The notes under the pieces were generated by a model. It saw only the letters and a list, made by a program, of their open reading frames with translations, ran no database searches and had not been told where the DNA came from. Below, piece by piece: positions 34,986-52,850 of a stretch of DNA of 64,000 nt. Source of the DNA: the human T2T-CHM13v2.0 reference genome, Homo sapiens; the NCBI RefSeq assembly GCF_009914755.1, contig NC_060939.1. The stretch is one strand, 5' to 3'. Positions within the stretch are counted from its first letter, which is position 1. Each line of letters starts with the position of its first letter. The position numbers and the translations under genes were made by a program.

Positions 34986-35399
34986 TGAAAAGATTGCTTG
35001 AGCCTGGGAGGTGGAGGTTGTAATAAGCTGAGATCATGCCACTGCACTCCAGTCTGAGAGACAGAGCAAAATCCTGTCTCAAAAAAAAAAAAAAAGATTC
35101 ATTCAAATTTCAGAGATGTTAAAATGTAAAGAAATATATATTTATAATTCATAAAATACACTACACGTAAGCTATTCTGCACACTATAGTATTTTTTAAT
35201 TTTTCTTGTTTTACTGTATGTTTTTCTTTGTAGATTTCTTTCATTTTCTGAATGTTTCTCAAATTAGACTTGTTTTGCTGATTGATTTTCTACCATGTCA
35301 ATTTTGATTTCCACTTCTAATGATGACTTTAAAGAGTCTATCATAGATTTTTTTATAACAAATTTTTTTTAAATCTTGGCCTTCTTGCTCTTGGGTGTA

Positions 35400-36528
35400 T
35401 GCTCCCTTTATCTCTTTTATAAATGATGAACCTCACACAAGAAATCCAAATGTGAAAGGCATAAAAAAATCTTATAGGTGAAATCATAGGACACATTGGA
35501 GTAGGCAAAAATTTCTTAAAAAGGAAATAAAAAGCTTTAACTGTAAAAGAAAAAAACTATAAATTAGGCTATATTAAAATGAAGAACCTCTGTTTATCAA
35601 AGATGTCAATCAAGAGAAGGAAAAGGCATACCATCGTCTTGGAAAAGATCTTTATCGATAAAGGTCTGGCAACCAGAATGTTTAAATTGTTAAAAGAAAG
35701 GAAGCCAATCAAGCAGAAAATGGGCAAAAGACAAGCACTTCATTAAAGAGGTATTCAAATAGCCAATAAGTACACAAAAAGATCTTCAACATAATGAGTC
35801 ATCAAGGAAATGCAAATTAAAGCCACAATGAGATACCACTACACCAGAACCACAATAGCTAAAAATTAAATGGCTGACAATAACGAGTGTTGTCAAAGAC
35901 ATAGAACAATCAGGACACTCATACTCTCCTGGTGGGAGTATAAATTTGTGCAACCATTTTGGAAAATTGTTTGGCATTATCACCTATAGATGAACATAAA
36001 TATAATCTGTGACCTAGGGATATTCCCAAAAGAAATATGCACCTGTGTTCACCAAAAGACATGTCCAAATATGTTCACAAGAGTATCATTTGTAATAAAA
36101 ACTAAAAACTATTGAAGTGTTCATCTTCAGTAGAAAATAGAAATTGTGGTATATTCACACAGAGGAATACTAAACAGCCATGAAAATGAGCCATGAAATG
36201 CAACATCACAGATGAATATCACAAACATAATATTGGATAACAGGAGCCAGATCCCAAAGAGTGTGTACTATATATATAAAGTGCAAAAACAAGAACCTAA
36301 TCTATGGTGTCAGAAGGCAAGGTATGGAAACGACAAGAGGTGGGCTTCTGGGTGCTGTTACTGTTCTATTTCGGGGTCTGAATATCGCTACTGAGGCAGC
36401 TCCTTATGTCCAACATCTCTTTGTGTGTTTTCAAGAGCTATCCACTTTTGCAAATTGACTGAGCTATACACTTCAGGATTCATGCACCTTTCTGTGTATA
36501 TGTTAGACTTTATTGAAGTTTCAAAAAA
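35400..36528 (+). mobile_element. L1M (ME/MC-type) ORF2 end and 3' UTR
   Basis: ggaaatgcaaattaaagccacaatgagataccactacacc...aaattgtggtatattcac. Confidence 0.8.
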
Positions 36529-36583
36529 AGAACTGGAGATTTGTTCTTTAAATTCTTGCATTTCTTCTGGAAGATTTAGTTAA

Positions 36584-37036
<453 letters not shown>

Positions 37037-37715
37037 CTATAAGACAGAAGGCTTATCTTGCCAGAGCAGGAAAGAGTGAATATTTGGCTTCCTTATCAAG
37101 GTGATTGGTTTAACATTAGGGTGGCCAGGGAGAAGGGCTGGTGTTTGCTCCCAAGCCTCTTTTAGCTCCCAGGAATGCAGAATGAAGAGCCATGGACCTG
37201 CTGGGAGAGGGTGAGGTGACCCTATTGCTCGACCTCCTGGTCAGGGGCCAGATGGACAATGTGGCAGTGATTCAGTGGAGCTCATGGGGTCAGTGAAAGC
37301 CAAGGTGAGGCTGAGCCAGCTGGAGAGTGGCCCTTTGGCTCTGACCGAGAGGAACAAAGCTGGTTAGACCAACTGCAGAGATTAGCTGTGGACCCCAGAA
37401 CACCAGGGCCAGGTCCAACTGCCCCTCAGTGATCACCAGGCTGCACATACCAAAGGGCCAACACGAGGCCAAGGGAGGCTTCTAAACCCACAATATCTCA
37501 AAGTGACATCGGCCCCTTCTCTGTAGACCCAGATGCTACCTTAGAGATAAGCTGGAAGTGGAGAGAGGAATCAGGCTGAGACATTTTGCTTATGGGGTAG
37601 CCTTACTTAAATGGATTGGTTACATTCTTGTCTTTGACTAATTGCAGTGGGATAGACTGAAATACATTTTTTCCCTGTTACCTAGTGGGTGGGACCTGGT
37701 AAGATCAGATCACTT

Positions 37716-38022
37716 GGCCAGGCACAGTGGCTCACGCCTGTAATCCCAGCACTTTGGGAGGCCGAGGCCGGCAGATCCCGAGGTGAGGAGATTGAGACCA
37801 TCCTGGCTAACATGGCAAAACCCCATCTCTACTAAAAATACAAAAAATTAGCCGGGCGTAGTGGCCAGTGCCTGTAGTCCCAGCTACTCAGGAGGCCAAG
37901 GCAGGAGAATGGCATGAACCCAGGAGGCAGAACTTGCAGTGAGCAGAGATCGTGCCACTGCACTCCAGCCTGGGCAATAGAGCAAGACTCCGTCTCAAAA
38001 AAAAAAAAAAAAAAAAAAGAAA
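37716..38022 (+). mobile_element. AluY
   Basis: AluY diagnostics; TSD aagatcagatcactt / aagatcaatcactt. Confidence 0.9.
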
Positions 38023-38868
38023 AGATCAATCACTTAACAGAGAAATAAAACATTTCTTCAGCACTTCTGAGTATGGCGTGAATAAATTTGCAGCCTTCTT
38101 TCTTTCTCTTGTTTATTTTTCCTTGATTTTCCCACCTTGCAGACTTTTGTTACTGTTGAAAGTAGTTTATGATAGAAAGTTTTGTATATATTTGAATAGA
38201 ATAACTTGAGAAGAAAGCTCCTGGCGTTGGAACTCCCCACAATATTTTATTTAGTAGTTAAACAATTTTTATAATTTCTCTTACTTTTTCACTCTATTCA
38301 TTGTCTAATCATCTATCCACCCACCCAAGCAATAGCCATTTTGTTGGAGCTATGCATCGGGTATTCAGCTAGAAGATGAGTAAGACCGTCCTTGCCATAA
38401 GATTTTGAATACAGAGAATGAGCAGGTAGCAAACACTGTTCCCTATTCCCTCCTGCACACATCCACATGGGCTTATTTTCAATGTCAGTGTCTAGGCATT
38501 TTAATTACCAGGCATTGTTCTAGGTCCTGGGTTTCTGAGTCTTTTGACACAACGGCAGTGGTCTTTGAGCACTTCCTTGATTTGTAGTATGCCAAGAGGT
38601 ATATCTCCTCCCCCAGACCTGGAATCAGCCCTTTCTCCCAGGACCATTTGTTCCCTTCAGTGGGAAATATATCTAGAAACCAGAATGTGGCCCCAGGGGA
38701 GCTCATTTCTTCTGTGCTCATGATTTTTTTCTAGGACTTCTCAATGGATAAGAGCTGAGATGGTGAATATTAGGGGAGGAGATATAGTAGGAGATGAAGA
38801 AAAAACTACTTTCTCTAGGTCATTTTTCTATTTTCAATAGAAAAAATTTTCTATTATCAATCATTTAG

Positions 38869-39105
<237 letters not shown>

Positions 39106-39194
39106 TGATCCGCCCGCCTTGGCCTCCCAAAGTTCTGGGATTATAGGTATGAGCCACCACGCCCAGCCTAGTTTATATTTTTGATTTTAATAAC

Positions 39195-39313
39195 TAATAC
39201 ATCTGTTAAAATACCTTTATAGTTACTATAGATGTATAATACATCTGTTAAAATACCTTTATAGTTGCTACAGATGTATAGTACATCTGTTAAAATACCT
39301 TAAGAGTTGCTAC
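39195..39313. repeat. 42-bp minisatellite, ~2.8 copies
   Basis: Unit taatacatctgttaaaatacctttatagttactatagatgta. Confidence 0.9.
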
Positions 39314-39424
39314 TGAACGCGTCGTGGCATTGCCAGTCTGGGTGAGGTAGGTTGCTGCCATACCTTCCCATGAGTTACAACCTGGGTGCCCGTGCCTAAC
39401 TCTGATCTTCTGGTTCCTGTGCCA

Positions 39425-40077
<653 letters not shown>

Positions 40078-40089
40078 TCTATACAGTAC

Positions 40090-41352
<1,263 letters not shown>

Positions 41353-43726
41353 TCTAGAGTATTAGTTAAGAGCAAGGGCTGTAAAGTTAGTCTACCTGGT
41401 TTTGAACTGCAGCTGGGCCACTTATTTGCTATAAGACCTTGGCCAATTTACTTAACCTTTCTGTGCCCTAGTTTCCTTACTTGGAAAATAGGAATGACGA
41501 TAATAGTAACATGATCTACCTCAGAGGGTTAAATTAAAATGAGATGAATACATATTAGAACGGTGCCCAATGTAGGATAAGTGCTCAACAAATGTTAGCA
41601 AGTATTCAAAGAACCAAACCAATTTCAATACTGGCTGACAATTTCTGTATTACTCTTTTCCTAAAGTCTACCCTACAAGGATTTAATAATTTGACTTCAC
41701 TTTTGATTAACACAAGATGCCTCATTTTTCAAATTTACATTTCTGTAATTGTTATTGTTTACATTTTTGTCATAGTTGTTTTTCTTCTTAATCCATTTTA
41801 ACTGTCCAATTGTGCTTTTATTATTAGCTGTCTTACCCACTGCTTTGATACAGTCAAATATAAGATAAATAACTAAATTTAGGCCAGTTTATACCACATT
41901 ATCAAGGCTGTTGTTGTGTCAATAAAAATAATAATAGGGCTCCAAGGACTGAAATTATCTGTCCCACATGTTCTGAATCTTTTAAATAATCTATGAAGAC
42001 TGGGCACAGTTGCTGTGATTCTACTGCAGTGATATAAATATGACCTTCCACGAAAAAGCATGTCATGGCCAGAAGTAAAATTCAAAGCAGCAGGTTGGGT
42101 TTCAGAGTCTACGATGCTAGAATATGCTGCCTCTCTGGTTACAGGGAAATAAATATAGACCAGACTGATTATGTGAACACATTTTATTTAACTTTGCCCA
42201 TCTTTACTCATTTCCCAGCCAACAGAAACTAAATCAACCCAGCTATAAGTAGGTCTGCTTATCTCTTTCCTTCCAGCCTCAGAAATTTCCCTTCTTTTCA
42301 AGGCTAAATTTTCCATCTTTGCTGTTGAGTTTATTCCCTTGCTGTCTTGCTAAATTACCTGTCCATTTTTTTTTCTTTTTTTTTTTTGAGACGGAGTTTT
42401 GCTTTTGTTGGCCAGACTGCAGTGCAGTGGTGCGATCTTGGCTCACCACAACCTCCATCTCCCGAGTTCAAGCAATTCTCCTGCCTCAGCCTCCTAGGTA
42501 GCTGCAATTACAGGCATGCGCCACCATGCCCGGCTAATTTTGTATTTTTAGTAGAGATGGGGTTTCTCCACGTTGGCCAGGTTGGTCTCGAACTCCTGAC
42601 CTCAGGTGATCCACCCGCCTCAGCCTCCCAGAGTGATGGGATTACAGGCGTGAACCACCGTGCCTGGCCTGTCCATTTCCTTTCTGGTGACTTTGATGTC
42701 TCCATTTCCACTGGTTCCTTTCCTTGATATCCACAAATACATAACTAATTTCCCTAACAGAAAAACATCTCCTCAAAGCCTCTGCTTCAGCTTCTGAGTG
42801 TCTTCCTTTCTTCTTCCTTCCTATCAAAGTTTCTTCACTCCACATTTTCATCTCCTCACAGTCTTCATGCCGCTGTGGTCTGGCTCTGGCCACCACTCCC
42901 CTGAGTGGCTCTAAGGCCACTGGCTGGTGATCTCCTACCTGCCAAGTCCATGAGTCTTTTTCTGTCATGTTATTTGACCTCACTGGGCTTGGTGGTTGAC
43001 CATTCACTCCTTGAAACTCTCCTTACCTGGAATTTGTAACACAGTTTTATAATTTTTCACACTTGTCTTTCTCTAATGTTTTCTTTTCAGTTTGCTGTAT
43101 CACAACCTCCTCTTCTGCCCCACCGTGGGCACTGGTATTACCCATGCTTCCATCCTTGGCTGTCTACTTCCTACTCTCAACCCACTTTCTGCTTAATCTC
43201 ATGGATTCCCATGATTTCAGCTAGTGCTGGTGATCTCCAAAGCTGTATCTCCAGCCCTGATCATTCTTAGCATAATACTTGTTTTGAATATTCAAACATC
43301 TAGAAATCTGTTGGTGTCCTACAGACATGTCAAACTGAACTGACTACATCTCCTTCCCTGGAGCCTCTTTCAATTCCTTGTAAGTAAATTTCTGCTACCT
43401 TAAAAAAAATCCAGCCAAAATCCTGGTAGTGAAGCGGGAAGAATGTCTGGCTGTCTGACGATAGCCTGTGGCCTCAACAGATCATTTATATAAGAATGTG
43501 ACAGAAATGTGCTAGCTATGTCATACAGTTGTGTCCAGAGATGAGGGGAAAGAGTTCATCACATTCCTATTTCAGGGAATAACACCACCAACCAGTTAGC
43601 CACATGCTGTGGTAGAAACTAGCTAAGCCCCAGTTGCTATCCTGCTATCCTGGTCTACTCATCAATAGCTAGGTGAATTTGGGCAAGGATTTTTGTTTGT
43701 TTGTTTGTTTGTTTGTTTTTAATTGA

Positions 43727-43831
<105 letters not shown>

Positions 43832-44588
43832 TGAGGAGCTGGGATTACAGGTGCGCGCCACCACGCCCAGCTAATTTTGTATTTTTAGTAGAGACGGAGT
43901 TTCACCATGTTGGCCAGGCTGGTCTCAAACTCTTGACCTCAGGATATCTGGCTGCCTTGGCCTCCCAAAGTGCTAGGATTACAGGCGTGAGCCACTGTGC
44001 CCGGCCTGGGCAAGGTTTTAAACCTTGCTAGGTTTCTATTTCTTCTTCTGTCAAATGGGGATAATAACATTGTTGTTTACCTACCTAGGATAACATAAAA
44101 GATCAGATTGTTCAATTAGACTCACAGGACTCAGTAATCTTATCCAGTATTGGCCTTTACTGAGAATTCGAAAGATACACATGATATTGAGACTTGGGCC
44201 AAGCACAGAGATGCTGAGGACCACCAGTGCAGCTCCCGGTCCTCTCTCGCCATATTAGGATGCACCCTGGCACAAAATGGACATAGGAGGTTTTTAAGTG
44301 ATGCATGCAGGATATAACTTACACAAAGAGGTCAGGAAACACCTTCGTTTTATACTTCAGTAATTACACAGCTGACAGATCAGCTATATCCTGGTAAATT
44401 ATTGCATAAATAAGGGCTTTTTGTTATCTTTCTGATTGTAAATGCCATCAATAAGTATTTAGGAGATTGGGCCAGGTGTGGTGGCTCATGCCTGTAATCC
44501 CAGCACTTTGGGAGGCTGAGGTGGGCGGATCACAAGGTCAGGAGATTGAGACCATCCTGGCCAACATGGTGAAACCCTATCTCTACTA

Positions 44589-44758
<170 letters not shown>

Positions 44759-44869
44759 TTAGGAGATTGACCTGGGTCAATTCTTTTTTCTTTTTGTCCC
44801 CTTTCCTCAGATGTTCTGAAGGTTGGAAATATGACTTACTACCATTACCTAACAGTTATTTCTTCTTCT

Positions 44870-45325
44870 TTCCTAGTTAATACAACCTGATTTCATTTGG
44901 GCCACAACATGTACAAAGAAGGAATACCTGTCCCCAGGCCTCAGAGAAAAGTCATGATTGATTGAAGCTTAGCCCGTTCCCCTGCTAGAGATTGCTTCTG
45001 AACTCAGCATGTGGCCAATTATGGCCAATGAGATGGAAGAGTCTGGAAGCAGGCTTTTGGAAAGATTCTTGTAGCCTAGTTAAAGATAAAATCCCGGAAA
45101 GGGAAAAGCCTTGTGTTGACAAGCTTAAGAGTGAAAAACCAACGTGTTGAGGAGGAGGATTAGGAAGACATAAAGAGGCCGGGTTCTTAATGACATCCTT
45201 GAGCCACTGCAGCTAAAAAGGAAACTTCTTTCTCCAGGATTCTTATGTCAGATTTTCAAATGTCTTCATGGCTTAAACCAGATTTATGCATTCTGTTACC
45301 TGTAACTTCATGTGTTCCCAGTGAA
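44870..45325 (+). mobile_element. Old MLT1-like LTR
   Basis: tggccaatgagatg...tgacatccttgagccactg...ggcttaaacca...ttctgttacctgta. Confidence 0.55.
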
Positions 45326-45867
45326 AACAGTACCTTGTAGAGTTGCTTGAGAATCAAGACAGGCACTGAAAGTAATGCGTCAAGCATACAACAAGTTTCT
45401 ATCTTATAAGCACTACCCAACATCTTTTTCTCCTTTCTTCCCTGGTTTATAAAACTTGATTTTATTTGGGCAGCCACAAGCACAAGGAAGGAGGACCTTG
45501 TTTCCAGGCCTCAGAGAAGAACCCAAATAGGTCTCAGCATCTCTCAGTATACCTTAGTCCTTTTAGTTCCCTTTCCTTTTCCTTCTCCCAGCCAGCTGTC
45601 ATCCCTAAATTCTTCTGTGGTCCATGTTTCTCAACATCCATTTAATCATCAAACTCTTAGATTTGATTCCTAATTAACCTTTCCTTTCTCCTTTCGTTGC
45701 AGCCGCCATAGTCAAGACCCGTTCATTTGTAGCTTAGATTACTGCTCTTCTCAGCTCTTTGCTGCCTAGTTCATACCCCCTCACCTCATTCTCTGTATAT
45801 CTACCAGACTAAGCTACTAAAATGGCCAAGCTGAGCATGTCACTCCTCTGCTTAAAAGTTTCACTAG

Positions 45868-46490
<623 letters not shown>

Positions 46491-46975
46491 GGTTTCACTA
46501 ACCTTCCTCCCCCGGCCAGGTGGCTGGGAGTTCCTAGATTATGCTGTGGGATTATAGCGTCTGGGCCATTCTACCTGCTCTAACTACCTTTCTTCTGAAA
46601 GGCACTCTCTGCCCTGGTCTTTCAGGGTTCACAGTCTCTATCTAACTAGCCTGCCTCCCTAGCTGAATTAATCACTCTCTCCTGATGAGGTTCAGGACAT
46701 GTTACCCCAAAAGATAGCATCTTGGCATTTGAGAAAACAGCAGAATTAGTAAGGTCACTCTCACCTCCCTCTTGCCCTTCTTTGGAGTGAATCATAAAAC
46801 CCTCACTCCAGAAGTACCCTTCCTATGTGCAGAGGAAAGGGGCATTAGGAACATCCTAATCCTGAAGAGACACCAAGAAGAATCTGAACAAACAGGACTT
46901 GCTGAGTTCCCCTCAGTTTCTTTCCATTAGATCACATCCTCTTTGTCTAATCATACTTCCTCATGACTACCCACT

Positions 46976-47494
<519 letters not shown>

Positions 47495-48053
47495 TGATCT
47501 GCCCGTCTCAGCCTCCCAAAGTTTTGGGATTACAGGCGTGAGCCATCGCACTCGGCCAAGTTTCCTTGTTTCTTTGGGTCTTCATTTGGAATATAAGCCT
47601 GTTTGCTTAGTTTTTTATTTCCTCTCACTACTTCTGCCTCAAATCCTCTGGTGAAAAAGTTTTTGTCTCTAAGACCTTCAAACATACTAGATAACCTAAT
47701 AATTTCATCTTTCTTTAAGGCAGCCCTCCTGCCCTAAGCAGGACTGTTTGTCATCCAGGCTTGCTGTACAGCTGTCACCCCATCAATGCTAGGGGACCCC
47801 TCAGCCTCACTCCTGGGCTGCAGCTCCTGTTTCCTGAACCCCACGTCTTCCTCTGCATCGTGTACTGCCTGGTTTTGGTGGAGTAAAGGCCCTTGGGAGG
47901 TAGATTTTTTTTGAAATCTTGCATCTCTGAAAATGCTTCTTTTTTTGCTCCTCTTACCTGATAGTTTAATTTTTCAAGTTCAAATCTCAAACTATCTTCA
48001 TTAGATAATCTGAGAACACTTCCACTACAAAACACCTAAAAATGCTGGATACA

Positions 48054-48353
48054 GGCTGGGTGCGGTGGCTCACACCTATAATCCCAGCACTTTGGGAGGC
48101 CGAGGCAGGAGGATCACAAGGTCAGGAGATCGAGACCATCCTGGCTAACACGGTGAAACCCTGTCTCTACTGAAAATACAAAAAATTAGCCGGGCGTGGC
48201 AGCGTGTGCCTGTAGTCCCAGCTACTCAGGAGGCTGAGGCAGGAGGATGGCGTGAACCCAGGAGGCAGAGCTTGCAGTGAGCCGAGATTGCGCCACTGCA
48301 CTCCAGCCTGGGTGACAGAGTGAGACTCTGTCTCAAAAAAAAAAAAAAAAAAA
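48054..48353 (+). mobile_element. AluY
   Basis: AluY diagnostics; TSD aaaatgctggata / aaagctggata. Confidence 0.9.
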
Positions 48354-48896
48354 GCTGGATAAAATAGAACAAAATCATTTAAACACACATCCAAGCATCC
48401 AAGAAAATAGGTAAAAGCCCCAGAGGCTAGGAGAAAACTAAACTCTGGGACCTAGAGTCTATGAGCAACGTGGCACAGCTCTAGGGAGGTTGCCAGCTCA
48501 GTAACCTGGAAGCTTGGTTTTTGTTTACACCAAGTTAGAAGAGCAGGCTTTGAGTTTACTGGATGCAGAAAATGGATACTGACATCTCTGCAGAGAGCTG
48601 GGGCTTTTAAAGGTGATGTGGGGATAAAAGGGTGAACTAGCAAAAAAATGTCCCTGCACACAGGGAGACAAGAATGAAGACTATACGTCTTGGCCTGGAC
48701 TCAAAGTAGGGTGAAAACTCTTGCTTGTTAATTTGTGGCCATTGTATACCATTGTTTGAGATTTGAGTTTCTGCTACCAGCACATTCTGGAAGCAATGAC
48801 TCCCCTTACCCATCTGATTCTTCTGGCAACACATAGCACCTTTTGTGGATGTCTGGTTTAGGTTAAAAGGTGTTGTCTGTAGCTGTGGATTAGGAG

Positions 48897-49072
48897 AATG
48901 TTTCTCAGAGTGTAGGCTGCAGACTACTTGTATTGGAATCTCTGGGGAACTTGTTAAAGATTCAGATTCTTAGGCCTCACCCTAGAGCTAACAAATCAGA
49001 GTATCTGGGAGACTACATTTTTAACAAGCTTCCCAAGCAGTCCTTGGACACACTAAAACTTGAGGCCACTTG
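48897..49072. mobile_element. MER5-family DNA transposon (similar copies at ~7800-7915, ~18980-19160, ~21845-21910)
   Basis: gaacttgttaaagattcagattcttaggcctcaccctaga...catttttaacaagct. Confidence 0.7.
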
Positions 49073-49171
49073 ATTAAAGCCAAGCTGAGTGACTCTTAAA
49101 GGGCCTTTGCTTTCAGAGCTCAGCAGGTTAGTAAAGGAACCGGCTGGAGCTGGTCCTGGACTGATCAAGTA

Positions 49172-49206
49172 CACACTTGATCTCAGCCAAATCACAGAGA
49201 AGCGAT
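49172..49206 (-). pseudogene. 3'-truncated U2 snRNA retrocopy (U2 nt ~1-35), source copy
   Basis: Plus-strand CACACTTGATCTCAGCCAAATCACAGAGAAGCGAT matches the reverse complement of the U2 5' end at 29/35. Flanked by TSDs ggactgatcaagta / ggaccgaccaagta. Confidence 0.8.
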
Positions 49207-49873
49207 GGACCGACCAAGTATAAAGAGGCTCCAAATAACGTGCACACACCCAGCACCTGGCCATTTCACTTTTAGGCATTGGTGCCCTGGAGAAACTCCT
49301 GAGCATGTGCACAAGGCGAACAGTACAAGGATATTCACTACAACGTGGTTTAGAGTAGTGAAACAACTCAGTGGCCCATTAGTGAGGGGAATGAAAAATT
49401 GTGGTATAGTCAATACTCTAACAGTGAAAATGAGTGACCAAATGTATAAAAATCAGTGGATTTCAAAAACTTAAGTGAAAAAAACATGTAAGGATATTAT
49501 TTACATAAACTTTAAATTTTTATAAAATAACTATATATTGTTTATAGGTAAAGTATATAAATATGGGTTGATCATGCCCCAATTTCAGGAGAGTGATTGC
49601 TTCTACAGATGGAGAGAGAGGACCAGGACTGCAGAGGGGATTTCAATTTTGTTTTTTTTTAAAAGAAGCATATTTTCTGCTCACCCCCTGCCCTCACCTC
49701 AATTTTTGTCAGTTACTGTTCTTACAGGGTAAACGTTTATAAAATTTACATTTTATTTTGTAACTCCAAGTAAGTTTTCTATGTTTTGCCTATAATTGTT
49801 TCAAAAATTAAAAACTTTTAAATAGCATTTCAGCTTTGTGACTATGTAAATATTATTAACTAAATAACCAATT

Positions 49874-49967
49874 GTTACAGCTCTTTTAGAATTTGTCTAG
49901 CAGGTTTTCTTTTTTTTGTTTGTTTGTTTTTTGGTTTTTTTTACTGGAAAACCCCCATTAAAAAAAG
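49874..49967 (+). pseudogene. U7 snRNA retropseudogene
   Basis: TGTTACAGCTCTTTTAGAATTTGTCTAG (49873-49900) equals the U7 5' region plus Sm site. Stem GGTTTTC...GAAAACC, short A tail, and flanking direct repeats aaataaccaatt / aaagaaccaatt. Confidence 0.9.
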
Positions 49968-50049
49968 AACCAATTAATATGACTGGAGCCAGGGAATATT
50001 AATAAATGTAAATCCTCATGCCATTTGAAATGTTGGTCCAAGGAAATCC

Positions 50050-52380
<2,331 letters not shown>

Positions 52381-52383
52381 TTT

Positions 52384-52850
52384 GTATTTTTCAGTTATCT
52401 ACTGCTGCATAACCACCCCAAAATTTAGTGGCTTAAAACATTTAAAAAAGTATCATTTCTCATGTGGGTTGATTATGCAGTTGTTTTGCTTTATTTGGTG
52501 TTGAAAGGTTCATGACATCCTCCCATGGCTAATTTTTAGTGATACCTACTGGCTGGGATCTCAATTCAGGTTGTCAGCCAGGGACCTTAGTTCTTCTCCA
52601 TGTTAGCCTTTCTACATGGCTGGTTGAGCTTCCTGACAGCATGGTGGCTTAGGTTCCAAGAAGGTGCATTCTAAGAGGATTAAACCCTAATGTACAAGCA
52701 GTTTTATAAGCCTCTGCTTACATTTCCTAATGTCTCACTGGCCAAAACAAACTACATAGCCAAGTTCACAGTCAAGTGGTAGGAGAGATGCTGTTTATTA
52801 GGGGCACCCAAAGTAACAGCACAATATTCTATGTATCCTTCACATTTTCT
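52384..52850 (-). mobile_element. Old MLT1-like LTR
   Basis: tcagttatctactgctgcataaccaccccaaaatttagtggcttaaaaca. Confidence 0.6.
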
